From a virus, in IMG/VR virus record IMGVR_UViG_3300014137_000003: a stretch of DNA of 64,000 bases, one strand, 5' to 3'. Of this stretch, positions 25,797-35,038 are shown piece by piece (positions within the stretch are counted from its first letter, which is position 1; every line of letters starts with the position of its first letter). The translations under genes were made by a program, and so were the position numbers. The notes beneath the pieces are model-generated. The model worked only from the letters and a program-made list of their open reading frames with translations. It searched no databases and was not told where the DNA came from.

Positions 25797-27320
25797 ATGG
25801 GTAAGCTCAGTAAAGGTGAACAGCCTACTGGTTTTGTAAAATATAAACAAAAGGTTACTAAGGCAGGTTTCCTTAAGAAGTTTGGCTATCTCCTAGTAGG
25901 AGTAGGGGTATCTTCTGCCTTGGCAGGTGCAGGTATTGTATTCTATAAGACGCAAGTCCAGTACCCAAGTGCTATAAAGGTAGAAGAAAAGAACACTGGT
26001 AGGTATGCCTTAAGCGTTTATCAAAAATATTTGAATGACTACGCTACTAAAGGTTTAGAAAAAACCACAGGCTCTAAATACTTATCTAGCGAAGGTAAAC
26101 TACAGAATGGTAATGACGCTAGGGTTGGTTTCATTAAGTCTGTACTTTCTACTGTTAAGTATGAACCTATGAAAACCAACAAACTGAATAAGTATGGTTC
26201 TGATTACTATGTGTATGGTAGTAAAAATAAGACTGTAAAGGGAGAGTCTTTAGTTAACTTTGGTGAAGCCGTTAAGGTTTCTTATATTGATTACTCTAAA
26301 CTAAATTTCGATGCTAGGGTAGTTAATGACATGATAACTGAAGCAGGAATCAAGCAAACAGACAAGGATTTCGTAGATAAAATTACTGATTTGTTTGCTA
26401 CCTATATTAGTAACAATGTAGATAAGCTACCTATCAAAACGGAATCTAGGGTAGTTACTTTAGACAAGGACGGTAAGGGCTTTAAAGTTAATTCTGAAGA
26501 AGACGAGTACTTAGACAAGTTATTATTCTCTAGTAAGGATTTCTATGACGCCTTAGATAGATTTAGTCTTCTTGCTCAACAAGGTAGCGAAGTTGAATCT
26601 AAAGAACATAAGGACTGGTCTTCTAAGAGTGTGGAAGAACGTGCTAATTATACGGAACCTTATAAGTGGGAGAAGTATAGGTTTATTGGAAAATCTTGGG
26701 TAGGTTTCTACAACATACTAAAGGAAAATAAGCAAGACGCTGACTCTTATGTGTTCCCCAAAGGAGGGGGTACCCTTGATGACCCAGCGGACTTAAACAC
26801 TCCTATCTTAACAAGTGTAATTGTTAAGGGCGAGGACGGTAAAGACAAAGAAATCCCTATCAAGGTTAGTTTGCTTAAGGTTTCTTATGGTAGTGATGCT
26901 ATTAAGGACATTATGAAGGCAGATATCCGAAATCGTGGCTTGGATCCAAATTCTAGTACGAAGTACATTTATACTAAGTGGCGTATTGAGAATCTATCTT
27001 CAGAGTCTATAAGGGTAGACTCTAATAGTGCCTTAGCCGATAAGGAAGGTAATGTTTCTGCTAAGACTGGGGTTATGTATGGTTTAGATGATTATGCTGA
27101 CCTTAAGCCTTACCAGTACACGGAGTTAGAGGACTGGTACTCATCAACAGAGTTAACCGAGAAATATCTTGTATGGGGTAAGGACTTTGATAAGCGTGTT
27201 CCTTTAGTTTGGTTTAAGGCACTTAGGGGTACTGGAGACAAAGTAAAAGTTCCTAACGACCCTATTGAGACTAAGGACATTTCTTCAGTTAAGAACGAGG
27301 AAGGTAAAGAAAAGGATTAA
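25797..27320 (+). CDS. Membrane-anchored (N-terminal TM) extracytoplasmic protein
   Basis: Basic N-terminus, then the FGYLLVGVGVSSALAGAGIVFY helix and a ~450-aa soluble domain. Terminator downstream. Confidence 0.65.
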   Translation: MGKLSKGEQPTGFVKYKQKVTKAGFLKKFGYLLVGVGVSSALAGAGIVFYKTQVQYPSAIKVEEKNTGRYALSVYQKYLNDYATKGLEKTTGSKYLSSEGKLQNGNDARVGFIKSVLSTVKYEPMKTNKLNKYGSDYYVYGSKNKTVKGESLVNFGEAVKVSYIDYSKLNFDARVVNDMITEAGIKQTDKDFVDKITDLFATYISNNVDKLPIKTESRVVTLDKDGKGFKVNSEEDEYLDKLLFSSKDFYDALDRFSLLAQQGSEVESKEHKDWSSKSVEERANYTEPYKWEKYRFIGKSWVGFYNILKENKQDADSYVFPKGGGTLDDPADLNTPILTSVIVKGEDGKDKEIPIKVSLLKVSYGSDAIKDIMKADIRNRGLDPNSSTKYIYTKWRIENLSSESIRVDSNSALADKEGNVSAKTGVMYGLDDYADLKPYQYTELEDWYSSTELTEKYLVWGKDFDKRVPLVWFKALRGTGDKVKVPNDPIETKDISSVKNEEGKEKD

Positions 27321-27334
27321 ATATCTAGTGAAAG

Positions 27335-27358
27335 GCAACCCAGTGTGGTTGCTTTTTT
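27335..27358 (+). terminator. Rho-independent terminator
   Basis: GCAACC/GGTTGC stem and T6. Confidence 0.8.
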
Positions 27359-27407
27359 ATTATCCATGGTGTAGAATATTAGTAGTTATTAGAAAAGGAG
27401 TTAACTT

Positions 27408-28181
27408 ATGTACACGCCAGAAATTTTATTATCAGAATTGCAATCTGCTAACCCAACGCAAAAAGCTATAGATATTGCAAGTATTTTATTCTTAGTAACT
27501 TCCTATACGTACAGGAACTCAGAGTCTCCTTGCGTACAACCAGATAACTATGGAGACATGCAAGACTTTTCTTACATTTCTTTCGACAGAAAACTTCGTA
27601 TTAGAGAAGTCTTTACAAAAGAAGGCAATCGTGTTTTAGTGTTCTCATATTTCAATCCTTTATATGAGAAACATGAAGTGGCTTCTATCAAGTTCAAAGG
27701 GTTTCCTATAGAAGACCGCTATACTCTACCTTTCTCTTACTTATATCAAAAGGAATTACAGATTTGGGAAGATAACGGTCTAGTTCCTTATGCAGATATT
27801 TCAGATATGCTTCGTAAAGCTCCATGTACTCCTAACCAACCAACCTTGCGTAGTGGTGCAGTTGTTTCAGATAAATTCTATAACCGCATTGTATCAGTGG
27901 GTCAGTTAGCAAATATCTTAGGTCATATGCTTGGGGAGTGGGGAGACTTTTACGATATCTCTTCAACAGTTTCGTATATAGAGAAGATGTACGACGACCG
28001 CATTTCTGTTTATGACCTTAAATTGGGAGAATGTGGTGTTATGCCAACATTACCTACTATCGGTGGGGGGGGGGGACAGAAGGTGCAATTGATACAGAGA
28101 CCCTCCCTCATGTTATTGCTTCTTCGAAGCACATTCACTACACCGAAGATGGTAGGTCTGTGGAAATGCTTTGGGACTTAG
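27408..28181 (+). CDS. Hypothetical protein interrupted by a G11 tract; alternative C-terminus ends at 28198
   Basis: After G11 (28065-28075) the annotated frame gives a low-complexity tail (QKVQLIQRPSLMLLLLRS..). The -1 frame gives TEGAIDTETLPHVIASSKHIHYTEDGRSVEMLWDLEPKEG*. Confidence 0.6.
   Translation: MYTPEILLSELQSANPTQKAIDIASILFLVTSYTYRNSESPCVQPDNYGDMQDFSYISFDRKLRIREVFTKEGNRVLVFSYFNPLYEKHEVASIKFKGFPIEDRYTLPFSYLYQKELQIWEDNGLVPYADISDMLRKAPCTPNQPTLRSGAVVSDKFYNRIVSVGQLANILGHMLGEWGDFYDISSTVSYIEKMYDDRISVYDLKLGECGVMPTLPTIGGGGGQKVQLIQRPSLMLLLLRSTFTTPKMVGLWKCFGT
28065..28075 (+). repeat. Homopolymeric G11 tract inside a CDS
   Basis: Direct count gives G at 28065-28075. This is the only long G/C homopolymer I saw in the window. 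Confidence 0.9.
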
Positions 28182-28223
28182 AACCGAAGGAGGGCTAGGC
28201 TATATAGTAATGTATTGAAGTAG

Positions 28224-28247
28224 GGCAACCAGTTAGGTTGCCTTTTT
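28224..28247 (+). terminator. Rho-independent terminator
   Basis: GGCAACC/GGTTGCC stem and T5. Confidence 0.8.
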
Positions 28248-28257
28248 ACTATCATTT

Positions 28258-28266
28258 TGCTAAAAT
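28258..28266 (+). promoter_or_regulatory. Extended -10 element TGcTAAAAT followed by ATTAGTAT
   Basis: Lies after the terminator at 28224, 29 nt upstream of ATG 28295. Confidence 0.55.
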
Positions 28267-28294
28267 ATTAGTATAAATATTCGAGGTATATGAA

Positions 28295-29590
28295 ATGAGT
28301 AAAGAATATAAATTAGACCAGTTGAAGAAAGACAAAGTATATAATGAAACACTTTTGTCTCTATGGTCAGGTAGTGCAACTTATCAAGATTTACTGGCGA
28401 CTGCTATGCCAACTATGGGGTATGAGTTACGTCAGCATAATGATTGCTTTATGGATTTGGGACAGAACGAAAAAGAGTCCAATAAAGTAATCCAGTTACA
28501 CGGTAAAAACCAGTCTTTGGTGCTTTGGTACGCTGAGGGGTATGAGGGTGCTGAATATCTTATTTCTATTTTGGTTACTAAGGAGGGAACTACTCTAGAC
28601 TTTAGTCTCTATAATCATGAAAATAAGAAGTTAATGAAGTATCTAGAAGAGTTAACAACCAAAGAATTATACAATGCAGGGGATTCTGTTTTTGATAAGT
28701 TAGCTGAACTAATTACTTCAGAACGTTCTCCTTTGGAAGAGAAGATTGGGTTATTCGATTACACTCTTAATAGTTCTGATTTCCTTAGGATTTTAGGAAT
28801 TCTTAAGAATGACCCTGAAAATACAACTACTGAAATTGAACTGGCTGTAGTTGATATTTATGAACTCTTAAAGGGTGAAAGCAACAAAGAAATTTGTATC
28901 CCCGTAAATGTAGAAGAGGGTGAACCAGAGATTAGTCCTTATCTTCCTAAACTAACTTCTTTTGTTAACCAGTCAGAATCTTTTAGGTACAAAGAACAAG
29001 TTCACTGGTTTGTAAAGCATTATAATGACTCATACTCAGATGGTACTCGTATTATCTTATCTAAAGATTTAAAAGATATTGAAGTCTATGACGATAAGGG
29101 ATTATGTTATCGTGTACCAATTCAAAAAGAAGGAAGTGATTATGACTTCTCTAATACTTTAGGGTTTATTGTTCCTTTAGCAGAGCATGCAAATGAGTTG
29201 TACTCTAGGTTGGGTGACCTTGAAGGGGTTAAATTTATCGATGCTGAAGTACTACCAGATAAAGTTAAACTTTCTTTTGAGAAAACAACTGACTGGAGAT
29301 TTAATAAGAAGGTAACTGGAGCTCTTTACTTCGATTTAAGTCTTTCTCTCCATGGTTTCACTTTCCAAACAGAGCTAAAGGGCGGCTCTGTAACTCTACA
29401 GCTTAAAGATGGTGAAGTTTTAACCTTACCGTACCAACCTATGAAGTTTTCTAAAACTATTGATAGTTATGAAACTGAAGTAGCGGAAAATTTCAACAGG
29501 GGTATGGATTACATGGAAACTGTTACTCTTGAGGACTTACTCCGTAACAATAACCTATTAGCAGACACAGATAAGGGGTGGATGGATTGA
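28295..29590 (+). CDS. Hypothetical protein
   Basis: 431-aa ORF downstream of a TGcTAAAAT promoter. Confidence 0.75.
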   Translation: MSKEYKLDQLKKDKVYNETLLSLWSGSATYQDLLATAMPTMGYELRQHNDCFMDLGQNEKESNKVIQLHGKNQSLVLWYAEGYEGAEYLISILVTKEGTTLDFSLYNHENKKLMKYLEELTTKELYNAGDSVFDKLAELITSERSPLEEKIGLFDYTLNSSDFLRILGILKNDPENTTTEIELAVVDIYELLKGESNKEICIPVNVEEGEPEISPYLPKLTSFVNQSESFRYKEQVHWFVKHYNDSYSDGTRIILSKDLKDIEVYDDKGLCYRVPIQKEGSDYDFSNTLGFIVPLAEHANELYSRLGDLEGVKFIDAEVLPDKVKLSFEKTTDWRFNKKVTGALYFDLSLSLHGFTFQTELKGGSVTLQLKDGEVLTLPYQPMKFSKTIDSYETEVAENFNRGMDYMETVTLEDLLRNNNLLADTDKGWMD

Positions 29591-29835
29591 GTTCTATTAG
29601 ATTATTAGCAGACTTTTGGATTTTAATTATTTCTGTGATTGCTTTTATCTTACAATTTTATTGTTGGAGATACCTAATTAAATCTAGAAAAAACGACTTT
29701 TCGTATTCAGGTCACGATACTGTATGGTTTGAATGTTCTACTTCTAGCTTAATACGGTCTATACTAGGTATAGAAGTAGGGGTAGCTATCTTTGGTGTAT
29801 GTTTTCTATACTTGATGGTTAGGTATTTGCATTAA
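29578..29835 (+). CDS. Small membrane protein (start ambiguous: GTG 29578 or TTG 29587)
   Basis: Two hydrophobic helices (FWILIISVIAFILQFYCW; GIEVGVAIFGVCFLYLMV). Confidence 0.55.
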   Translation: MDGLSSIRLLADFWILIISVIAFILQFYCWRYLIKSRKNDFSYSGHDTVWFECSTSSLIRSILGIEVGVAIFGVCFLYLMVRYLH

Positions 29836-29875
29836 ACTTGTAGTATAGAAGGTTTAAGAAAGAAGGATAAAACTT

Positions 29876-30169
29876 ATGAGAAAACGAAAAAGACCTAGAA
29901 ACAATATAGATTCAGTGGGTGTCGACATAGAGACTTTCGCCAATACTTATGTAGTAACTAGACCTAACGGTAAAGTTCGGGACTATCCTCAAAGTAGGGC
30001 TGTTACAGTTACACCAGGGTCTAAGCATGGTCGATACTATACCAATGGAAACGTGACTGCAACCTCTCTAGAAACTGACCTTAATCAGGTTATAATCCCA
30101 AGAAGCACGGCTTTCTCAAAGATAAAAAGAGTTGTAGCTTGGCTAGGAGGAGAACATCACCCTAGATGA
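29876..30169 (+). CDS. Hypothetical basic protein
   Basis: 97-aa ORF with GAAGGA RBS and a KRKRPR N-terminus. Confidence 0.55.
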   Translation: MRKRKRPRNNIDSVGVDIETFANTYVVTRPNGKVRDYPQSRAVTVTPGSKHGRYYTNGNVTATSLETDLNQVIIPRSTAFSKIKRVVAWLGGEHHPR

Positions 30170-30259
30170 AGAGGTTGAATTTGACCTAGGTAACGGCATT
30201 GATTTAGTGAAGTAGGTATATTTATTTTGATTCTTGTTAGAGTAGTTTCTTCATGAGCC

Positions 30260-30288
30260 TTGCTTTCGACCTTTGCATTCGGTATAAT
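30260..30288 (+). promoter_or_regulatory. Sigma-A-like promoter TTGCTT-17-TATAAT
   Basis: Hand-measured 17-nt spacer, upstream of the gene at 30315. Confidence 0.6.
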
Positions 30289-30314
30289 AATTATAGTCTC
30301 TTTTAGGGGGTTTT

Positions 30315-30644
30315 ATGTATAGTGCTTTAAATGAGAAGCATCTAAATTACTTAAGGAGTAAGGAGGGTGCTTATTATGAAACATGCCTTGCTCTAGCAAC
30401 TAAGTTAGCTAAAAGCAGGGAAATTAAGGTAGTTGACCTCTATGGAGTTCAGCTATCGATTAGGGGTATAAATGATGATATCGTTATCTTGTATAATACT
30501 AGCAGAAATTCTGTAAAGATTTATAAGTATGTAGGTGGATCTTACAAACTAGTCGAAGAAGGAATTAAGCTTAGCTTCAACTTAGGGGTATCTACCTTGA
30601 GTGAGGAGTTATTAAAATTAGACAGGGTTTGGGAAGTTAAATAA
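30315..30644 (+). CDS. Hypothetical protein
   Basis: 109-aa ORF with a sigma-A-like promoter at 30260-30288. Confidence 0.6.
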   Translation: MYSALNEKHLNYLRSKEGAYYETCLALATKLAKSREIKVVDLYGVQLSIRGINDDIVILYNTSRNSVKIYKYVGGSYKLVEEGIKLSFNLGVSTLSEELLKLDRVWEVK

Positions 30645-30663
30645 TGGAAGGAGCAATAAGTAT

Positions 30664-31548
30664 ATGTCATACTTAAACACTCCAGCAGATGAAGTTTCGA
30701 AAGAAGAAATCTTCGCCAATGAAGATAACTATCATCGCTGGAATTATTTATCGATTGAACCAGTTTCTACTGGTTACGAAGAGGATTTACCAGAAATCCA
30801 CAAATACACTAAAGAGATGTATGACTCTTTAGGGGATGGTACTGGTCGCAAGACAAAAGAACAGCAAGAGATGATTGAGAAGGTAAGGGCGATTTACCGT
30901 AAGAAAAATATCTTACCTATCAATTATTACTCGCTCTTAGGGGTGCAGCAAGAAATTCATAGATGTATTGGTTACGAGGCAACCTTTGACGGTGATACCG
31001 TTAATACAGGTGCAGGGGTTGGTACAGGACTTTGTAATTTCTTCTTCCCTAATCTGTATGATACGGCAAGTATTCAAGATGAGGATAAGAAGAAAGATGG
31101 TGCTGACACTCTTTACGGTAAGTTTATGAATGACAAGTACCTTGACAGGGCTATTCAGTTCTGCTTTGGGTATAAGGACGGGGATGCAGTTCCATCCTAC
31201 GTTATGGGTGGTCTTCGATTAGTAGGTTCGGCACCTAGTAATTTCCGTCCTATGAATGCACAGGCTATTTATGAGCGGTTCTGCCCAGAGAATGGGGTAA
31301 TCTTTGATACCTCTAGTGGCTTTGGTGGTCGCTTGGTAGGTGCGTTGACGTCTAAGAAGAATTTCACTTATGTAGGAACTGACCCTAACATGGAGTCTAT
31401 GTACAACACGCATCGAATAGCAGAAGCTATTGAGGGTGTTACTGGAAGAACTGGCTCTTACGAGTTGCATTGTTGTGGTTCTGAGCTTGATGACCTTATG
31501 GAAAAAGAGTCATGGGCTGATTTCCATTTCAGTTCGCCACCTTATTTT
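30664..31548 (+). CDS. DNA (N6-A/N4-C type) methyltransferase, exon 1
   Basis: Motif I DTSSGFGGRL and motif IV FSSPPYF. The ORF hits TAA 6 nt after motif IV, where homologous enzymes continue. Confidence 0.7.
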
Positions 31549-31979
31549 GAGTAATTGAGCTCCGTATCTCTGGTGACAGGGGTATGTCCTTACAAGCGTT
31601 AAACACTAGGAAGTCCTTAAAGCCCTACTGCTAAAACAGAGTTGGAAACGACAAATGGTAAAGTAGCGAAAGCGGAAAGAAGAGTAGGGATACCAATAAG
31701 CTGAAATAAAAGCTATAACTATTCTTGGTTATGGTGCTAAGTTGGTGTAAATAGGGTATTTAGTTACGAACCTCTAAGGCAAATTAGCTATGAGGCACGT
31801 TCATCGACTAGGTTCTTGGAAGGAACCGACCGGAAGGTCTTAATGTAGCCTAGCAAGTGCAGGCGAAAAATGCTTGGGCTTTGTTTATAAGCAAAGTTTA
31901 ACACATAGTCACGTCTTACATCGTAAGGGTGTAAGCTACTGAAATAGTAGGGTTAGGGGTAACGTCCTAGCAAAGATCG
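31549..31979 (+). ncRNA. ORF-less group I intron (boundaries inferred, +/- a few nt)
   Basis: R-like core GTTCATCGACTAGG (31799-31812) and S-like CATAGTC (31904-31910) can form P7 GACTA/TAGTC. GACC-GGAA-GGTC tetraloop hairpin. The preceding exon ends in T and the intron ends in G. Splicing restores SPPYF|LENYGE. Confidence 0.65.
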
Positions 31980-32333
31980 TTAGAAAATTATGGCGAACAT
32001 GATGCAAATAGAGCAAATCAATCACATGTCAAATTCTCAGGTTTAGAATCTTGGCTAGAGGGGTATGTTCGAGGGACTTGTAAAAACATCTACAAAGCTC
32101 TTAAGGGTGGTGCATTCAGTGCAGTAAATATCGCTGACTTCAACATGAAGGGTAGGGGTATGGTTTCCTTTGTAGATGAGTGGAAACGAATTGCGGAAGA
32201 AGAAGGGCTTGAATACTACACTAATATTTATCTAGGTGTAACAGCCCGAGCAGGTTCTTTGGAACAAGAACTTGGGGTAGCTAAGAAGGAAATCATTATG
32301 GTTTTTCGTTCGACTAAACCTGTGTGGGGTTAG
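31980..32333 (+). CDS. DNA methyltransferase, exon 2
   Basis: Frame is open from 31971. LENYGEHDANRANQSHVKFSGLESWLEGYV.. is the expected continuation after SPPYF (..LExY...qS...y..W..). The track ORF starts only at the internal Met 32145. Confidence 0.65.
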   Translation, partial: LENYGEHDANRANQSHVKFSGLESWLEGYVRGTCKNIYKALKGGAFSAVNIADFNMKGRGMVSFVDEWKRIAEEEGLEYYTNIYLGVTARAGSLEQELGVAKKEIIMVFRSTKPVWG

Positions 32334-32361
32334 TAGTAAGCTAATTAGAAATGGATAGTGT

Positions 32362-32646
32362 ATGAGTAAAGAAGTAACTTGGAAGGTATTTGAAGAGGAG
32401 AAAGCAAAACGCAAGTGGGTAGAAATTCAGTATCCACTTATCGGAACTCCTCTCTTTGAACATGCAACTGACTATATCGCTGAGCTAGAGAATGGTAGTC
32501 GAGTTATGGTACGCAAGAAAGATAACTATGTATATGACAATGGTTCGGGTAGTGTAGCTAACGATAAGCAGATATCAGAATTACGAAAGAAAGCAGCTGA
32601 GAAGTCAGAAATTAACCGTAAACGAAGAGATATGATTCTCTACTAG
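32362..32646 (+). CDS. Hypothetical protein
   Basis: 94-aa ORF. Confidence 0.55.
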   Translation: MSKEVTWKVFEEEKAKRKWVEIQYPLIGTPLFEHATDYIAELENGSRVMVRKKDNYVYDNGSGSVANDKQISELRKKAAEKSEINRKRRDMILY

Positions 32647-32657
32647 GAGGTAGGGTT

Positions 32658-33017
32658 ATGCTAGATGTAAGTAGGTTAGACGATAAAAGTTATGTTGGTA
32701 ACTATATTAGAAAATCTCTCGAAGAAGTGTTAAAGTGGACAACTTTAAAGTGTGATTGGCGTAATGTAGATATCGAGATCCCTTATAATCTAGTTTTATC
32801 TTCGGCAAGCCTACCTTGGGGGTATCGTTACAGATTGTACGATATTCCGAAGGGTACTATGACTTTGGTTAACATAGCAGAACCACAAGGTTTAGAGGAA
32901 GTGTTAATTTCTCTTATCTCTAATTTCTGTACTACGAGGTGGGGTAACTTAGTGGATGGTAGAGCTACTCTGTATCATTTTGTACCCCAGGCTAAAAAAG
33001 CATACAACAGGAGTTAG
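32658..33017 (+). CDS. Hypothetical protein
   Basis: 119-aa ORF with GGAGG RBS. Confidence 0.6.
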   Translation: MLDVSRLDDKSYVGNYIRKSLEEVLKWTTLKCDWRNVDIEIPYNLVLSSASLPWGYRYRLYDIPKGTMTLVNIAEPQGLEEVLISLISNFCTTRWGNLVDGRATLYHFVPQAKKAYNRS

Positions 33018-33056
33018 TAGGGTATCTTACTAACTTTTATTTTGAGGTATTAAATT

Positions 33057-33290
33057 ATGACATATAATGCTAAAGTATCGGAGGCTCATCAGTTAATCTC
33101 TTCTATGTTGATTTTGGATAGTAGAGAGGTGTTAGAGACTCCACATGGAATGGTAGCTAGATGGGTAGTAAATGAAACTTTATTCTATCTTGAAGCTATG
33201 TTAAATTATGGTTCTTGGCAGAATGCAGGTTTCAATGAACCTTGTTCTGAGGTTAAGACGTTTGCTCGGAGGTACGGGGTAGTTCTATGA
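33057..33290 (+). CDS. Hypothetical protein
   Basis: 77-aa ORF with GAGG RBS. Confidence 0.5.
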   Translation: MTYNAKVSEAHQLISSMLILDSREVLETPHGMVARWVVNETLFYLEAMLNYGSWQNAGFNEPCSEVKTFARRYGVVL

Positions 33291-33601
33291 CAGAGGTAAG
33301 CGAAAAGATTTCCCAACTAAAAGAGCTAAAAAGGTATTTAGCTCTCAAATATGACGATGAGGTATCGGTACATCTTAGCTATACAGCTTTCGATAGGGGA
33401 GGGGCATTCGGTGCTTGTTTGCTTGTCTCCTATAAGTGGAATTCTTTCAAGATAAAACTTGTTGGGGATGGCTCTGTTATCTACAGTTATAATTACTTAA
33501 ATAACCCGATTAGGTTTGTCTCTATTAGTGGAGTCTCTGTAGTAGAGTTTTGCAAGAAATTAAAATACGAATTACATCGTAGGTATAAAAAATTACATTA
33601 G
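33287..33601 (+). CDS. Hypothetical protein
   Basis: 104-aa ORF with an ATGA overlap with the upstream gene. Confidence 0.55.
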   Translation: MTEVSEKISQLKELKRYLALKYDDEVSVHLSYTAFDRGGAFGACLLVSYKWNSFKIKLVGDGSVIYSYNYLNNPIRFVSISGVSVVEFCKKLKYELHRRYKKLH

Positions 33602-33617
33602 TTAGGTGGTAGTAGTA

Positions 33618-34358
33618 ATGAGTTATGTTTTAAGTGAAAGAGACTTTAAAGTCTATTCGCAAGACTTTGCTCCCGTAGGATCTGTTAGTAGGACTTTGGG
33701 TGCAAATATAGGAGCCGTGTGGAGAGAGTTGTTATCTTTGGGTGATGACACTGTACACCGTGTCTCTGGGTTTGTATCTAGGGGTAGTAATGTCTATGCT
33801 TTAGTTTCGGATACTTATAAGGATGGTTTCAACCTTATAAACTGGGTAAAGGGGCACATCGATTTCAAACCTAAGGTATCTATCACTCCTATTAACTATT
33901 CTTTAGTTTTTGGTGAGGGTAGCTTACCTCGTGATATTGAAGAAATTCTAGAAGAGATTAACTCTGTTAGGTCTTTGTCACCGTCTTCTAGTCAGGTAAA
34001 CTCACCTTCTGAAGAAGTAGGTATCGCTTATGACGATGTTGCAACTTCTATCATCACTGAAGATTACTATTCTATTAGGGGTAGTGGTTTTGAGTTCTCA
34101 GTCTTTGATGAAGACAAAGAGTACATTATGGGACGTGGTTCTAACTGTGACTTTATTATCTCAGGTGTAGGGGTATCAAGACATCACTTGAAGTTCAAAT
34201 ATGAAGATGGTAGCTTGCAAGTGTTTGACTTAAACTCTACAAATGGTACTCGTGTAAACGGAAAACGAATTTATAGTGGCTCATGGGTAAACGTTGCTGA
34301 TGGTAGCACTATCAAGGTTGGTAGAGTTAACATGAGTGTAAATCTAAGGGAGGAATAG
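33618..34358 (+). CDS. FHA-domain protein
   Basis: ATG 33618 after AGGTGG. C-terminal GRGSNCDFIISGVGVSRHHLKFKYEDGSLQVFDLNSTNGTRVNGKRI is a canonical FHA signature (GR...SR.H....D..S.NGT.VNG). Confidence 0.85.
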   Translation: MSYVLSERDFKVYSQDFAPVGSVSRTLGANIGAVWRELLSLGDDTVHRVSGFVSRGSNVYALVSDTYKDGFNLINWVKGHIDFKPKVSITPINYSLVFGEGSLPRDIEEILEEINSVRSLSPSSSQVNSPSEEVGIAYDDVATSIITEDYYSIRGSGFEFSVFDEDKEYIMGRGSNCDFIISGVGVSRHHLKFKYEDGSLQVFDLNSTNGTRVNGKRIYSGSWVNVADGSTIKVGRVNMSVNLREE

Positions 34359-34362
34359 TATT

Positions 34363-35037
34363 TTGGAGATACAAGGATTTACAGACATTGGTGTCCGTTA
34401 TAAAAATAATCAAGATACTTATCTTGTAATGAGGCTCAATATAGATGGTATTGAGTCTTGTCTACTTTTATTATGTGACGGTATGGGTGGTCTTGAGGAC
34501 GGTAGCTTTGCTAGTCAGAGCGTTGTAAAAGCTATTCGAGATTTGTGCGTTGAAGGTAACTTATCTAAGGAAAGTGTACGAGAAGCAATAAATAATGTTA
34601 ACTCTATGCTCTTAGATAAGTATGGTAGTGTAGGTAAGCAGTGTGGGACGACTTGTTCTGTCTTAGTTCTTTCTGAGGGGACTTATTGGGGGTATCATAT
34701 CGGTGATTCTCGTCTTTATCATTTTAGAGATAAAAACTACAAAATCTTGACAGAAGACCACACAGCCCTAAATATGAAACGTAAGCGTGGAGAGGTTATC
34801 ACTCCAGAGATTGAAAGACGTTATCGTTCTACTTTGTCGAGGTGTGTTGGGGTAGTTAAGAATCCTCGGTTAGATTACCTTGAGGGTAGTTACTCTGAGG
34901 GAGATACTTTTGTTGCTTGCTCTGATGGTTTTTGGCACTATTGGGATATGTCTTTAGACAACTTAGAAAATTCTATTGAATTGGTAAAATCTAAAGGCGA
35001 ACGAGATAACATTTCGGTAGTGAGCGTGGAGGTTTAG
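34363..35037 (+). CDS. PP2C-family Ser/Thr phosphatase
   Basis: TTG start after GGGAGG. Motifs RYKNNQD, LLCDGMGG, GTTCSVL, IGDSRLY, LTEDHT, ACSDGFW, DNISVV. Confidence 0.9.
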   Translation: MEIQGFTDIGVRYKNNQDTYLVMRLNIDGIESCLLLLCDGMGGLEDGSFASQSVVKAIRDLCVEGNLSKESVREAINNVNSMLLDKYGSVGKQCGTTCSVLVLSEGTYWGYHIGDSRLYHFRDKNYKILTEDHTALNMKRKRGEVITPEIERRYRSTLSRCVGVVKNPRLDYLEGSYSEGDTFVACSDGFWHYWDMSLDNLENSIELVKSKGERDNISVVSVEV

Positions 35038-35038
35038 T

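Noticed and set aside
31549-31979. Insertion sequence/MITE, group II intron or genuine gene end as explanation for the split methyltransferase
   Set aside because: There are no terminal inverted repeats or target duplication. There is no GUGYG 5' end or domain V-like hairpin. The flanking ORFs join into a collinear methyltransferase. Group I R/S-like core elements are present.
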